Part shown: positions 43,308 to 53,184 of the stretch, one piece after another
How the letters are laid out: each line of letters starts with the position of its first letter
Numbering within the stretch: the first letter of the stretch is position 1
Source: Microgenomates group bacterium ADurb.Bin219
Lineage (GTDB): Bacteria > Patescibacteriota > Microgenomatia > UM-FILTER-40-11
Assembly (NCBI GenBank): GCA_002069945.1
Contig: MWCH01000005.1
Span: 1-62,155 of the forward strand
Reading direction: 5' to 3'
DNA: 62,155 bases
The notes under the pieces: model-generated
The model's input: only the letters and a program-made list of their open reading frames with translations
Database searches by the model: none
What the model was told of the DNA's origin: nothing
Made by a program: the position numbers and the translations under genes

Positions 43308-44141
43308 ATGGCCGACGAAGGCAGACAGGTTATCCAGATGCCCATTGATGAGCTTCAGGCGAATCCCCTTCAGCCAAGAGGCGTTATCACTCCGGAATCC
43401 TTGGTTGATTTGGTTGACTCCATTAGGGAACACGGTATTTTAGAGCCGTTGGTGGCGGCAAAAACTCCTGCAGGTTACCAGATTATTGCCGGAGAAAGAC
43501 GTTGGCGGGCGGCCAAGGTTGTTGGCCTGGATACTGTTCCGGTTGTGGTAAAAGAAACAACTCCCAGGGGAATGTTAGAGATGGCGATTGTGGAGAATGT
43601 CCAAAGGGTTGATTTAAATCCATTGGAAAGAGCCAAGGCTTTTCAAAGATTGATTGAGGAATTCGGTCTCGACGTTTCGGAAATTAGCCAGAGAATCGGC
43701 AAAAGTCCGGCTTATGTTTCCAATTCCTTAAGATTATTGACCTTACCCGACGCTTTAAAAGACGGTCTTTTGGGCGGTTTGATTACCGAAGGCCACGCCA
43801 GAGCTTTGGCGGCGATTCCCGACCAAAAAGTGATGATTGAGTCGTATAAAATCATCCTTAAGGAATCCGGATCGGTCAGAAGAGCGGAGGATTTGGCCAG
43901 AAGAATGAAAAGTCAGGCGGGGATTGCTTCTAGAAAAAATCCTTCGGTGAAATTAGTCCACGAGGATATTGACCGGATGAGAGACGAGATTGAAGCCGCC
44001 TTGGGCGGAAAAGAATTAACGAACGTCAAATTGACTCGTTCCCGAAAAGAAACCAGGTTAGTTTTGATTATGGAAGGAAATCTGGAAGCAACCGAAGAAA
44101 GACTGCAAAAAGTTTACAAAGGTATCTGTAGTAAATCTTAA
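43308..44141 (+). CDS. parB: ParB/Spo0J-family partition protein
   Basis: LQPRG, IIAGERRWRAAK, ENVQRVDLNPLE, HTH region ISQRIGKSPAYVSNSLRLL. Confidence 0.85.
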   Translation: MADEGRQVIQMPIDELQANPLQPRGVITPESLVDLVDSIREHGILEPLVAAKTPAGYQIIAGERRWRAAKVVGLDTVPVVVKETTPRGMLEMAIVENVQRVDLNPLERAKAFQRLIEEFGLDVSEISQRIGKSPAYVSNSLRLLTLPDALKDGLLGGLITEGHARALAAIPDQKVMIESYKIILKESGSVRRAEDLARRMKSQAGIASRKNPSVKLVHEDIDRMRDEIEAALGGKELTNVKLTRSRKETRLVLIMEGNLEATEERLQKVYKGICSKS

Positions 44142-44145
44142 ATTC

Positions 44146-44721
44146 TTAATACTCAACTCCCTTAATTGCCCCGAACCGATTAAAAGGCCAATATCTGACC
44201 CAGGCTTTACCGATGATATCTTCTTTAGAAATCGGTCCGAATTCTCTGCCGTCACGCGATTGGCTTCGGTTGTCGCCCAAGGCCAGATATTCGTTTTCCG
44301 GAATTTCCTTTTCCAAATTTTCCAAAAGGTAACTTCCGGGAGAGACATAGATGCCGTTAGCCAAATAGGATTCATTGAGTTTAGAGCCGTTGATAAAAAC
44401 ACTGCCCCCTTGAACCTTAACCCGATCGCCCGGAAGGCCGATAATCCGTTTAATATACTCGCATTCGATTTCGGCGCAAGGTTCGCCTGCCGGAGCTTTG
44501 AAAATAATGACGTCACCTCTTTTGGGAGAGCCGAGGCGGTAAGAAACTTTATTGGTTAAAATAAATTCGCCGTCGTGGAAATTCGGATACATAGAGCTTC
44601 CTTTAACTTGATGAGGCTGAACCAAAAAAAGATAAATAATGATAAAAACCGAAAGCGCCAAGACAATAGTTTGGATAATATCCAAAAAAAAAGCGCCGAT
44701 GGCTTTAAAAACACGAACCAT
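44146..44721 (-). CDS. lepB: Signal peptidase I
   Basis: N-terminal TM. GSSMYPNF (Ser box), RIIGLPGD, GDNRSQSRDGR. Confidence 0.85.
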   Translation of the reverse strand: MVRVFKAIGAFFLDIIQTIVLALSVFIIIYLFLVQPHQVKGSSMYPNFHDGEFILTNKVSYRLGSPKRGDVIIFKAPAGEPCAEIECEYIKRIIGLPGDRVKVQGGSVFINGSKLNESYLANGIYVSPGSYLLENLEKEIPENEYLALGDNRSQSRDGREFGPISKEDIIGKAWVRYWPFNRFGAIKGVEY

Positions 44722-44805
44722 AATGGAAATAGTTTAGCTTTATTTGTATAATCAAATCAAGTCCCATTTTGTTCGTTAAGAAAAGGGAAAAAAATTCAAA
44801 AACAC

Positions 44806-44879
44806 GCTCGCGTAGCTCAGTTGGTTAGAGCGTTCGGTTCACATCCGAAAGGTCCCCGGTTCGATTCCAGGCGCGAGCA
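44806..44879 (+). tRNA. tRNA-Val (anticodon CAC)
   Basis: Hand-folded. Acceptor GCTCGCG/CGCGAGC, D-arm GCTC/GAGC, anticodon arm TTCGG-TTCACAT-CCGAA, T-arm CCCGG-TTCGATT-CCAGG (one C-A mismatch), discriminator A. No encoded CCA. Confidence 0.85.
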
Positions 44880-44880
44880 C

Positions 44881-44924
44881 AAAAAGAAAAAACCCTCTTA
44901 AATTAACACGAGAATTTAAGAGGG
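44881..44924 (-). terminator. Intrinsic terminator for the minus-strand small ORF
   Basis: Perfect 12-bp stem CCCTCTTAAATT / AATTTAAGAGGG (44893..44904 / 44913..44924) with an 8-nt loop. On the minus strand it is followed by TTTTTTCTTTTT. Confidence 0.75.
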
Positions 44925-44931
44925 TTAATCG

Positions 44932-45192
44932 TCAAGCGGGGAAGACAAAAGGAGCGCCCCAGTAAATTACCAACCAGACGATAAACGTTACAATGATCTT
45001 ATCGAAGTCGAGGTTGGCGGGGCCGGGAATGATGATTATCAACCAGAAAGAAACAAGCCAGAGAATGGGATATAAAAGAGTTGAAAGGTCTTCTCCGATA
45101 AATTCTTCCAAAAAGCTGATGACTAATATGCGTAAGAATAAACTAACCGTAATAATCACCATTATCTTGTCAGCTGAATCTAAGTTATTCAT
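44932..45192 (-). CDS. Small membrane protein (86 aa), unknown function
   Basis: Three hydrophobic segments. AAGGAGAAGG Shine-Dalgarno before the internal ATG at 45192. The track ORF start at 45261 is probably too long. Confidence 0.5.
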   Translation of the reverse strand: MNNLDSADKIMVIITVSLFLRILVISFLEEFIGEDLSTLLYPILWLVSFWLIIIIPGPANLDFDKIIVTFIVWLVIYWGAPFVFPA

Positions 45193-45278
45193 TTTTCCCT
45201 TCTCCTTTTTTAGGGTGCACTTGACTAGTCTTATAGTATCATAAACAAGGAAATAGCTCAATATATTTTTGTGATAGA

Positions 45279-45503
45279 ATGAATCTCGTTGAAAATTATA
45301 TGAAGGAAAAACTAGAACAAGAGAATGATAAAAGATGGGTGAATTTTGTCAGACCGCCAAGTTTTTGGCAAGTTGTCAGAGATGTTTGGCAGGGCGAAGG
45401 GGATTTGTGCAGAAAGATCACCCAATCAATGGAAGGTTTGGACGCCGCCGGCGCAACGGGTGTTTTGGCGAAAAAAGAGGGAAAGGACAAACCGGTCGAA
45501 TAG
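45279..45503 (+). CDS. Hypothetical small protein (74 aa)
   Basis: ORF only. No recognisable motif. Abuts the convergent 848-aa gene stop-to-stop. Confidence 0.3.
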   Translation: MNLVENYMKEKLEQENDKRWVNFVRPPSFWQVVRDVWQGEGDLCRKITQSMEGLDAAGATGVLAKKEGKDKPVE

Positions 45504-48050
45504 TTACTTAATTTTCAAAGACTCTTGAAGTAAAGATTGAGTGACGGAAATCAATATTCGGGAAAGATAAAGATTATTTTGGGAAAAAGCTTCCTTTGCT
45601 TTCAAAAAATTAATTTGTGCCAACTCAAAAGAAACACCATTAGTTTCTTTAATAATTTTAATTTTTTGAAAAAAAGCCAATTTAGACTCGGTTAATTTAA
45701 AAAACTTTTCCAGGTTGCTTATTTCAGCTTCGATTGATTTGCCTGACGGAGAATACTTAAGACCTGCGGAAACAATTTCATAACTTTTAACTAAAAATTC
45801 TATTGCCTCGAAGGAAATATTCCTGACCAATGATGAAGAGTTACTTGCTCTTAGGGTAAAAAATTCTTTGATTATAACCTCTATTGAGTTTGATGCTTCC
45901 AAATATCTTTGGGATTCAATTAATTTTTTGGTAAAGTCAATTTTTTTAAGGATGTTATTTAAAAAATTGTTTTTAGACTGTTTTTTTAAAAGATTTAGTT
46001 TATCTTTGGCTAGATTAAGATATAAATTACCTGAAGGATCGAGAAAAGTGCTTTTTTTTGGGTGATATTTATTAAAATTAAATTGAATTGAGATCGGTAG
46101 GACGGTTAATTCACCGTCCAGGGTTAGCCAATGACTACTTTCATCTGTTTCTTGCCCGACAAAGAGTTTATAAGAACCATTAATTATTGGGTTTATATTT
46201 ATTTGATAATTACCGGAAACAACTGGCGAGAGAAATACCATTTTTTCCGCTCCTCCTGAATAGCTAAAGCCGTTTGGGTCGGTAACGGTAATTGATCCGG
46301 GTGAACCGAGAATAAAAAGAAGGGAAGGAAAAGCTAGTAGGGTTTGGCTTTCTTCAATTACATTTTCATTTTCGGGAATTTCCAGCATTTGAAGAATCTT
46401 TCTGATTCCCGCTTCTTTTTTAACAAGATTTCCGTGGTTCAAAGATAAAACTTCCGGATTTTCTCCCGGAATTCTGCTGCTATCTTCCCAAACAGTAGAA
46501 TCGCCATTAGCATGAATTGGTTCTGTTGGTTTGCCGTCCTGCCATTTACCCAATAGCGCATCAAGCCAACTTCTTTCCTCGATCCAGTAACCTCTGGGAG
46601 TATCAATACCTTGACCAGAAATAGCTTTGATTTTGGCTAACAATTCTGATCCCGGGAGAGAATTATTAAGATTATTCAACCAATTGTTAAACCAATTCAT
46701 ATCTTGAAAAACTTTTTCCGAATAGTCTTGGTTGACAAGGAAATTATATGTCGGAAAAAGATCTAAAGTAGAGGGAGCAATGTTTCTGATAGTTTCAACA
46801 TTAGTTGCAAAATTTCTTTTTTGTGTTTGAATTAAAATCTGCCAGGCCAGCCAGCCAAGATTTTTTTCTCCAGGAGGTTCACCACCTTCCCAAGCATAAT
46901 ATACTTGGGGAACTCCCGAATGGGGAGAGCCGACGGTGATTAGTTTTTCAAGAAAAGCTCCTTGATATTTTTGGGCAAAACTGCGGCCTACCAGGCCACC
47001 GAGGGAATGGCCAACAATTTTAATTCGATCAACGTCGGTTCTGTCTTTTAAGACTTTATTGACGATAAAATCATTTAAGACATCGGCAGTTTGATCAATT
47101 TTCTTTCTCCAGTCATAGCAAAAAAGAAAAAGATCTTTGTTTTCTTCATATCCTGAATTTTCAATAGATTTCAACAGGCCGTCGTAATCGTGAACAAAAG
47201 ACCAAAGACCCCATTCTTCCTGGGGGACATTTTCTTTTCCGTCAATTATTGCTTCGTGGTTATAGCAGGCGCCATGTCCAGGGATCACGACGATAGGAAT
47301 TTTAGATGAAGGCATTGGCGTTAATGTTGGAGTCGGAATTAGAGTGGGAGTTTGAGTTGGGATAGGAGTAGGGGTGGAAGTTGGTGTTGGTGTCGGAATT
47401 TCTTCATCGATACTGGTAACTACAATATTATCAAACCAAGTTTCAGAAATCGGATCTGATCCAGTTGTGGCCCTCAAAGCTATCTTGCCGCTCGGAAATA
47501 TATCAACATAAGACGTGTAATCTTTAACAAGAACGTTTTCGACATATACTTTAATATTGTTATAAAAAATAACAATTTTTATATGATACGTTTGCCCATT
47601 TTGGTAAGAACCAACAATATTTTTATTGTATTCTCCATTTGGATTAAGTCTTTCAATAATAAAGTCTCCTGGACACTGGAAATGCAAATCGTACCAGTTA
47701 TTGCTTGGACTAGACGGAGAAAATCTGAAAGCAACATTGTGGTCAGTTCCACGAACAAATTTCATATCAAATTCGAAGGTGTAATTGTTTCCAATTGATC
47801 CCCATAAATAATCGTTAGGGACAATATTTGTAGTACATTGATATTGATTTAAAACTTGAATTCCTAACATTTTATCTGAATTGACAATCCATTGAGCGGA
47901 GCAAGGGGTTCTATCTGGGTCGTCAACTCTGACCCATCCGTCAAGATTTCCATCTTCAAAGTTATCGGTAAAAGAATAGGCAAATAATATTTTTTTAGAA
48001 GATACAAAGAAGGTAATAAGTGATAAAATGAAGAGTATCTTTTTCTTCAT
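45504..48050 (-). CDS. Secreted multidomain protein: LamG/DUF1080-like lectin fold + PT linker + LCAT/PGAP1-like alpha/beta-hydrolase (lipase/acyltransferase)
   Basis: Signal peptide MKKKILFILSLITFFVSS. FTDNFEDGNLDGWV. PTPTPTSTPTPIPTQTPTLIPTPTLTP linker. FCYDWRK and IVGHSLGG nucleophile elbow. Confidence 0.7.
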   Translation of the reverse strand: MKKKILFILSLITFFVSSKKILFAYSFTDNFEDGNLDGWVRVDDPDRTPCSAQWIVNSDKMLGIQVLNQYQCTTNIVPNDYLWGSIGNNYTFEFDMKFVRGTDHNVAFRFSPSSPSNNWYDLHFQCPGDFIIERLNPNGEYNKNIVGSYQNGQTYHIKIVIFYNNIKVYVENVLVKDYTSYVDIFPSGKIALRATTGSDPISETWFDNIVVTSIDEEIPTPTPTSTPTPIPTQTPTLIPTPTLTPMPSSKIPIVVIPGHGACYNHEAIIDGKENVPQEEWGLWSFVHDYDGLLKSIENSGYEENKDLFLFCYDWRKKIDQTADVLNDFIVNKVLKDRTDVDRIKIVGHSLGGLVGRSFAQKYQGAFLEKLITVGSPHSGVPQVYYAWEGGEPPGEKNLGWLAWQILIQTQKRNFATNVETIRNIAPSTLDLFPTYNFLVNQDYSEKVFQDMNWFNNWLNNLNNSLPGSELLAKIKAISGQGIDTPRGYWIEERSWLDALLGKWQDGKPTEPIHANGDSTVWEDSSRIPGENPEVLSLNHGNLVKKEAGIRKILQMLEIPENENVIEESQTLLAFPSLLFILGSPGSITVTDPNGFSYSGGAEKMVFLSPVVSGNYQININPIINGSYKLFVGQETDESSHWLTLDGELTVLPISIQFNFNKYHPKKSTFLDPSGNLYLNLAKDKLNLLKKQSKNNFLNNILKKIDFTKKLIESQRYLEASNSIEVIIKEFFTLRASNSSSLVRNISFEAIEFLVKSYEIVSAGLKYSPSGKSIEAEISNLEKFFKLTESKLAFFQKIKIIKETNGVSFELAQINFLKAKEAFSQNNLYLSRILISVTQSLLQESLKIK

Positions 48051-48071
48051 AATTTAAAGTTAAGACAAACA

Positions 48072-48086
48072 ATTGACAATGTCAAT
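48072..48086. promoter_or_regulatory. 15-bp perfect palindrome ATTGACA-A-TGTCAAT in a divergent intergenic region, overlapping TATAAT (48086..48091)
   Basis: Read directly. Lies between the 848-aa gene (minus) and the methyltransferase gene (plus). Confidence 0.4.
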
Positions 48087-48106
48087 ATAATTCAATTTAA
48101 AAACGA

Positions 48107-48841
48107 ATGAGAGAATATTTTTATAACATTTTCCATTTAAATAGTTCGTTATCAAAAAAAATTATAACAAGGTTAAATTTTACTTATGTATTAATTTATC
48201 CAATCTTAAAGAAACAAATAAAAAGTAAAAATATGTCAGATATTTTGGATATTGGGTGTGGGGTAGGGACAATTAGTTTATTATTGGCAAGCTGGGGAAA
48301 CAAAGTAGAAGGAATTGATATTTCGTCAATAGCGATTGATTCATGTAAAAATAGTGCAAAATTATTAAATCTAGAAAAAAATATAAATTTTAAACAGTTT
48401 GATTTTAAAGACTATAAAGAAAATAAAAAGTTTGATTTTATTATTTGTCTTGAGGTTATAGAACACCTAGAAAATGACAGAGAAGCCCTACAAAAGATGT
48501 TTACTTTTTTAAAACCCTCAGGAAAGCTAATTGTTTCCACTCCTTCAAAAAACGCTCCTCTTTTTAGACTAGGTTACACAAGGAATTTTGATAAAAGAGT
48601 TGGGCACTTGAGAAGGTATAATCTAGAGGAATTACAAAAAAAAATAGAAGACGCTGGGTTTAAAATACTGGAAAGTTATAAAAAAGAAGGAATTATCAGG
48701 AATTTTCTTTTTCTTAACCCGGTTGTTGGAAAATTTATTAGATTTATTCGTGGCCCAATTACTTACTTTGTTACTTTTATTGATAACATTGCCGTAAAAA
48801 TATTTGGGGAATCGGATCTTATTTTGGTGGCGGAGAAATAA
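48107..48841 (+). CDS. Class I SAM-dependent methyltransferase
   Basis: ILDIGCGVGT (motif I), FDFIICLEVIEHL, LKPSGKLIVSTP. Confidence 0.75.
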   Translation: MREYFYNIFHLNSSLSKKIITRLNFTYVLIYPILKKQIKSKNMSDILDIGCGVGTISLLLASWGNKVEGIDISSIAIDSCKNSAKLLNLEKNINFKQFDFKDYKENKKFDFIICLEVIEHLENDREALQKMFTFLKPSGKLIVSTPSKNAPLFRLGYTRNFDKRVGHLRRYNLEELQKKIEDAGFKILESYKKEGIIRNFLFLNPVVGKFIRFIRGPITYFVTFIDNIAVKIFGESDLILVAEK

Positions 48842-48921
48842 AACTTTTTTAATTTTTCTTCTTAACCCTTAACACAAAAAAGATTTGCCTTTGGTTTGAA
48901 TTAAAGCTAAAATGGCTTTAA

Positions 48922-49938
48922 ATGAAAGTATTGTTTTTGGTCAAGAGATTTTATCCCTCTATCGGGGGAGTAGAAAAACACGCTTTTGAGGTCGCCAAAG
49001 AATTGGCCGATAGGGGAGACGAGATAACAATAGTAACGGAGGAAAATTCTATTGATTCAAAATTGAATTTTGATAATCATAAATTGAGAGCCAAGATTTA
49101 CAGAATTCCGGCTGGGGAGAGCGAAAAATTGAAAAAATTCCGGATTTGGAAATGGTTTTGGAAAAACAGACAATTGATTAAGGAGGCAGAAATAATTCAT
49201 TGCCACGACGTTTTTTATTGGTATTTGCCTTTCAGATTTTTATTTCCCAATAAACCTGTATTTATTACTTTCCATGGTTGGGAAGGAAAATTCCCGATTC
49301 CCCAAAAAAATCTTTTTATGAGAAAGATTGGGGAAAAATTAAGTAACGGAAATATTTGTATCGGCGAATATTTAAAAAAGTGGTATGGAACAAAAACGGA
49401 CTTTATCAGTTACGGCGGCGTTCGTTTGGAAAAGGAAAAATCAAACCGAAAGGAAGAAAACAAGATTGTTTTTGTCGGCAGACTGGAAAAAGATACAGGT
49501 TTACCTATTTACTTAAAGCTGTTAAAGATATTGAAAAAGAAAAAAGTTAATTTTGTGATTGAATTTTACGGTGACGGCTCTTTGAGAAAAGAAGCGGAGA
49601 AATACGGAAAAGTCTTTGGTTTTACGGACAATGCTTATTCCAAAATATCTTCTGCCGGAATTGTATTTGCTTCATCGTATTTGGCAATTTTAGAAGCGCT
49701 TTCTTTAAAAAAAGCGGTGATTTCGGTTTACGACAATCCTTTAAAAAGAGATTATCTATTTGACTCCCCTTTTAAAAATTATCTTGTTTTGAATTCCAAT
49801 CCGGTAAAACTAGCCGAAGAAACGATTAGCTTATTAAAAACTGATAAAGAAAATTTAAAAGGTTATGATTGGGCCAGAAAACAATCTTGGGAAAAAGTAA
49901 CGGATTTATATTTAAAACTTTGGGGTCGGAATACTTAA
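48922..49938 (+). CDS. Glycosyltransferase family 4-like
   Basis: MKVLFLVKRFYPSIGGVEKHAFEV N-terminus and VFVGRLEKDTGL. GT-B architecture. Confidence 0.7.
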   Translation: MKVLFLVKRFYPSIGGVEKHAFEVAKELADRGDEITIVTEENSIDSKLNFDNHKLRAKIYRIPAGESEKLKKFRIWKWFWKNRQLIKEAEIIHCHDVFYWYLPFRFLFPNKPVFITFHGWEGKFPIPQKNLFMRKIGEKLSNGNICIGEYLKKWYGTKTDFISYGGVRLEKEKSNRKEENKIVFVGRLEKDTGLPIYLKLLKILKKKKVNFVIEFYGDGSLRKEAEKYGKVFGFTDNAYSKISSAGIVFASSYLAILEALSLKKAVISVYDNPLKRDYLFDSPFKNYLVLNSNPVKLAEETISLLKTDKENLKGYDWARKQSWEKVTDLYLKLWGRNT

Positions 49939-49953
49939 TCAAAATAAACAATA

Positions 49954-50928
49954 ATGATGAAGATTTCATTTATTGCAACCGTTTTAAACGAAGAAAAGAC
50001 AATTGATTCTTTTTTGGCTTCATTGGCTAACCAGTCAAAATTGCCGAATGAAATTATCATTGTTGATGCTGGATCTGTTGATAAAACAATAACAAAAATT
50101 AAAAAAGAAAAATTAAAAATGAAAAAAAATAAGATTATAATTGAGCTTTTGGAAAGAAAAGGTTTTAATCGGTCACAAGGAAGGAACGAAGCGATTAAAA
50201 AAGCAAAAGGAGAAATTATTGTAACTTCAGACGCAGGTTGTCTTTTGGATAAAGAGTGGCTTAAGGAAATAACCAAACCCTTTTTAAAAGAAGACGGACC
50301 GGCAGTGGTTTCCGGATTTTATTTGCCGACCGGCGAATCGCTTTTCCAAAAAGTTTTAGGCCAATTGACTTCGGTTTCTTTGAAAAATATTGATCAAAAA
50401 AATTTTTTACCCTCTTCACGCTCTCTCGCTTTTAAAAAAAATGCCTGGACTAAAGTTGGCGGTTATCCGGAAGAATTAAATTATTGTGAAGATCTTGTTT
50501 TTGATTTAAGGCTTAAAAATGCCGGTTTAGAATTTATTTTTGCTTCTAAGGCCATAGTTTTTTGGCCCCAAAGAAAAAATTTTTTTCAGGCCATTCGCCA
50601 ATTTTTTAATTATAGCGTTGGTGACGGAATGGCAGGGGAACAAGGGCCACATTATAAAAAACTGCGGTGGCAATTGTTACTGCTGGTAGGGTTGGGAATA
50701 TTGGGAGCGCTGGGATGGTGGCAGGAATTGGGTATCGCTTTTTTTATATTTTTTGTTTTTAAAGCCCTGAGATTAACCTCCGGCTTTATCGGTAACTCTT
50801 CTTTTGGTTTTAACCATCTTTTGTTTTTTCTGTCTTCCTTTTTTTTGATCCCCTTTTTAAATCTGGCGGTTATGTTAGGATTTTTGGCGGGTATATTTAA
50901 AAAATCATTAATAAAAGACAAAAAATGA
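49954..50928 (+). CDS. Glycosyltransferase family 2 with C-terminal TM segments
   Basis: ISFIATVLNEEKTI, IIIVDAGSVDKT, VTSDAGC. Hydrophobic tail. Confidence 0.75.
   Translation: MMKISFIATVLNEEKTIDSFLASLANQSKLPNEIIIVDAGSVDKTITKIKKEKLKMKKNKIIIELLERKGFNRSQGRNEAIKKAKGEIIVTSDAGCLLDKEWLKEITKPFLKEDGPAVVSGFYLPTGESLFQKVLGQLTSVSLKNIDQKNFLPSSRSLAFKKNAWTKVGGYPEELNYCEDLVFDLRLKNAGLEFIFASKAIVFWPQRKNFFQAIRQFFNYSVGDGMAGEQGPHYKKLRWQLLLLVGLGILGALGWWQELGIAFFIFFVFKALRLTSGFIGNSSFGFNHLLFFLSSFFLIPFLNLAVMLGFLAGIFKKSLIKDKK
50094..50128. repeat. A-rich heptamer patch (AAAAATT AAAAAAG AAAAATT AAAAATG AAAAAAA)
   Basis: Read directly. Same relative position in this GT2 as the 11..59 / 5058..5106 patch in the other GT2 paralogs. 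Confidence 0.55.
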
Positions 50929-51719
50929 AGAATAAATCAAAAATATTTAATAAAATCTGTCTTTCGATAATTATTGTTAATTATAAAGCCAACAGATATT
51001 TAAAAAAATGTTTGCAGTCTATAGGAAAAAATAATCATTGGGAGACAATTGTTGTGGACAACAGTCAAAATAATATTGGCTATGCTGGCGGTTGTAACTT
51101 GGGGGCTAAAAAGGCAAGAGGCAAATATTTTCTTTTTTTAAATTCCGATACTATTCTTTTAGGCGAGAGTTTGAATATGATGGTAAATTTTTTTGAAAAA
51201 AATAACGAAATTGGAATTCTAGGCCCAAGAATTTATAAAAACAGACAAAAGGAAAAACAGTTAAGTTTTTGCCGTTTTCCGTCTCTTTGGGAGTCGGTTT
51301 TTGTATACAGCCCTCTCAAACAGTTAGGATTTGCTGAACCAATTTGGAATAATTTTATTTACCAAAACAGGTTAAATCTTGATCAAGAACTGGAAGTTGA
51401 TGCGGTTTCTGGTGCCGCATTAATGATTGAAAGAGACGTTTTTTTTAAGGTCGGCGGTTTCGACGAAAATTTTTTCCTTTATTTTGAAGATAACGATCTT
51501 TGCCGGAGAGTTCAAAAAGCAGGTAAAAAAATAGTATTTTTTCCAAAGGCCGAAATTATTCATTTTGGCGGGAAAAGTTCATTTGATTTAGATAAAGTCA
51601 ATGTTTTATTTAAAAAAAGCAGATATTATTTTTTTTGTAAATATAATTCATTTATTTTTGCGGCGATTGCAGAATTAATTATAAGATTTTTGGAAGAAAT
51701 CGCCCGACGAATACGATGA
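50925..51719 (+). CDS. Glycosyltransferase family 2
   Basis: LSIIIVNYK, VVDNSQNNIGYAGGCNLG, FLNSDT, LYFEDNDLCRRVQKAG. Confidence 0.8.
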   Translation: MKNKSKIFNKICLSIIIVNYKANRYLKKCLQSIGKNNHWETIVVDNSQNNIGYAGGCNLGAKKARGKYFLFLNSDTILLGESLNMMVNFFEKNNEIGILGPRIYKNRQKEKQLSFCRFPSLWESVFVYSPLKQLGFAEPIWNNFIYQNRLNLDQELEVDAVSGAALMIERDVFFKVGGFDENFFLYFEDNDLCRRVQKAGKKIVFFPKAEIIHFGGKSSFDLDKVNVLFKKSRYYFFCKYNSFIFAAIAELIIRFLEEIARRIR

Positions 51720-52942
51720 ACGAGCTGGAAAGAAATATATTTTTTAATACCGGTTATCAGATTATCGGTAAGATATTAACCTCTTTGCTTGGTTTTATTT
51801 CTTTGTCATTAATTGCCAGGAGTTTGGGAATATTACTTTTTGGGCAGTACAGCTTAATTTTTGTATATTTAAGTTTGAGTGGAATATTTGCTGATTTTGG
51901 ATTAGTCACTTTGTTGATTCGTGAGATAGCATCAAAAAGAGGAAGCAAAAAATATTTAAAGGGAATTTTCAGTTTGAGATTATTGTTAAACCTGCTAATT
52001 TTTTTGGTTGCCGGAGTTTTTACTTACTTTTTACCCTTTCAGCAGACATTTAAATTGTCATTGATTCTTGGTTTTGCCAGTAATGTTATTCTATCGCTTT
52101 CTTCTGTCTTTTTGGGGGTTTTTCAAGCAGGGCTTAGGTTTAAATTGGTAGCGTCGAGCCAAATTATCACTAACTTAATAATATTAATTTTTGTTTTTTG
52201 GGGCTATTGGCAAGGGAAAGATCTGTTGTATTTTATTATGGCGACGTTGCTGGGTAATTTATTCGGGTTTTTATTTATTCTCAAAAAGGGTTATTTTTCA
52301 CCATTTAAATTATTTATTTTAGATAAAAAACTTTTTTTTCGAATAATCAAGGATGCATGGCCTATCGGATTGGGGGCAATCGTTACCACTTTTTATTTAA
52401 AAATTGATTCTATTGTTTTGTCTTTTTTTTACAATCCTTCTTTTAATCAGGATTTGGGAATCTATTCTTCGGCTTATAAAATTTTTGAAGTTATTGGTGT
52501 CTTTATCGGTTTTTTCCAAACAACAACTTTTCCGGTAATTGCCTCAAAACTAAACAAAAAGAATTTTTATTTAATTTATCAAAAGTTAATCAGAGATTCG
52601 CTTTTAATTGGTTTATTGGCTACGGGATGTTTATTTTTGATGTCAGAGATGTTAATTAATATTTTCAGCCGGGATTTTGTGGTTGCAACTTCTTCTTTGA
52701 AGATATTATCTTTGGCCTTAAGCACAAGGGTTGTTTCGGGAATTTGGCTTTCGGTTGGAGTGGCCGGAGGGAAACAAAAAGAACTGTTTTTCGTTTCAAT
52801 TGCCGCCTTTATATTTAATTTGCTTTTGAATTTACTGATTATTCCAAGATATTCGTTTATTGGTGCTAGCTGGGTCACGGTATTTACTCAAGGATTTATT
52901 ACTTTAGCAAACTTATGGGTTGCTTCTATGGTTATAAAATAA
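51716..52942 (+). CDS. Polysaccharide flippase (Wzx/MOP superfamily)
   Basis: About 12 TM segments. N-terminal NTGYQIIGKILTSLLGFISLSLIARSLG is typical of Wzx-like exporters. Confidence 0.75.
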   Translation: MNELERNIFFNTGYQIIGKILTSLLGFISLSLIARSLGILLFGQYSLIFVYLSLSGIFADFGLVTLLIREIASKRGSKKYLKGIFSLRLLLNLLIFLVAGVFTYFLPFQQTFKLSLILGFASNVILSLSSVFLGVFQAGLRFKLVASSQIITNLIILIFVFWGYWQGKDLLYFIMATLLGNLFGFLFILKKGYFSPFKLFILDKKLFFRIIKDAWPIGLGAIVTTFYLKIDSIVLSFFYNPSFNQDLGIYSSAYKIFEVIGVFIGFFQTTTFPVIASKLNKKNFYLIYQKLIRDSLLIGLLATGCLFLMSEMLINIFSRDFVVATSSLKILSLALSTRVVSGIWLSVGVAGGKQKELFFVSIAAFIFNLLLNLLIIPRYSFIGASWVTVFTQGFITLANLWVASMVIK

Positions 52943-53184
52943 CAAAACCAATAGTTAGACTTTAAATAAGAAATTTTTATCAAAATTAATATTTAATACC
53001 TATTTGATTACAAAGAGTGAAAGGACTATTTAATTTATTTCTTGACACGGTGTCGTCAACTTCTCTTCTTGCCAGAAGCAGGATAAGATTGTCCTCTAAA
53101 GGAAGAATATTTATTAATTATTGCCGGATAAGCTTTAAACTTTTCACCATTAACCGTCTTTTTAAAATATCGACCGAAAAGATA

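Noticed and set aside
43308-44141. parS site near parB
   Set aside because: I could not find a TGTTNCACGTGAAACA-like palindrome by eye in or around the gene. It may lie outside the window.
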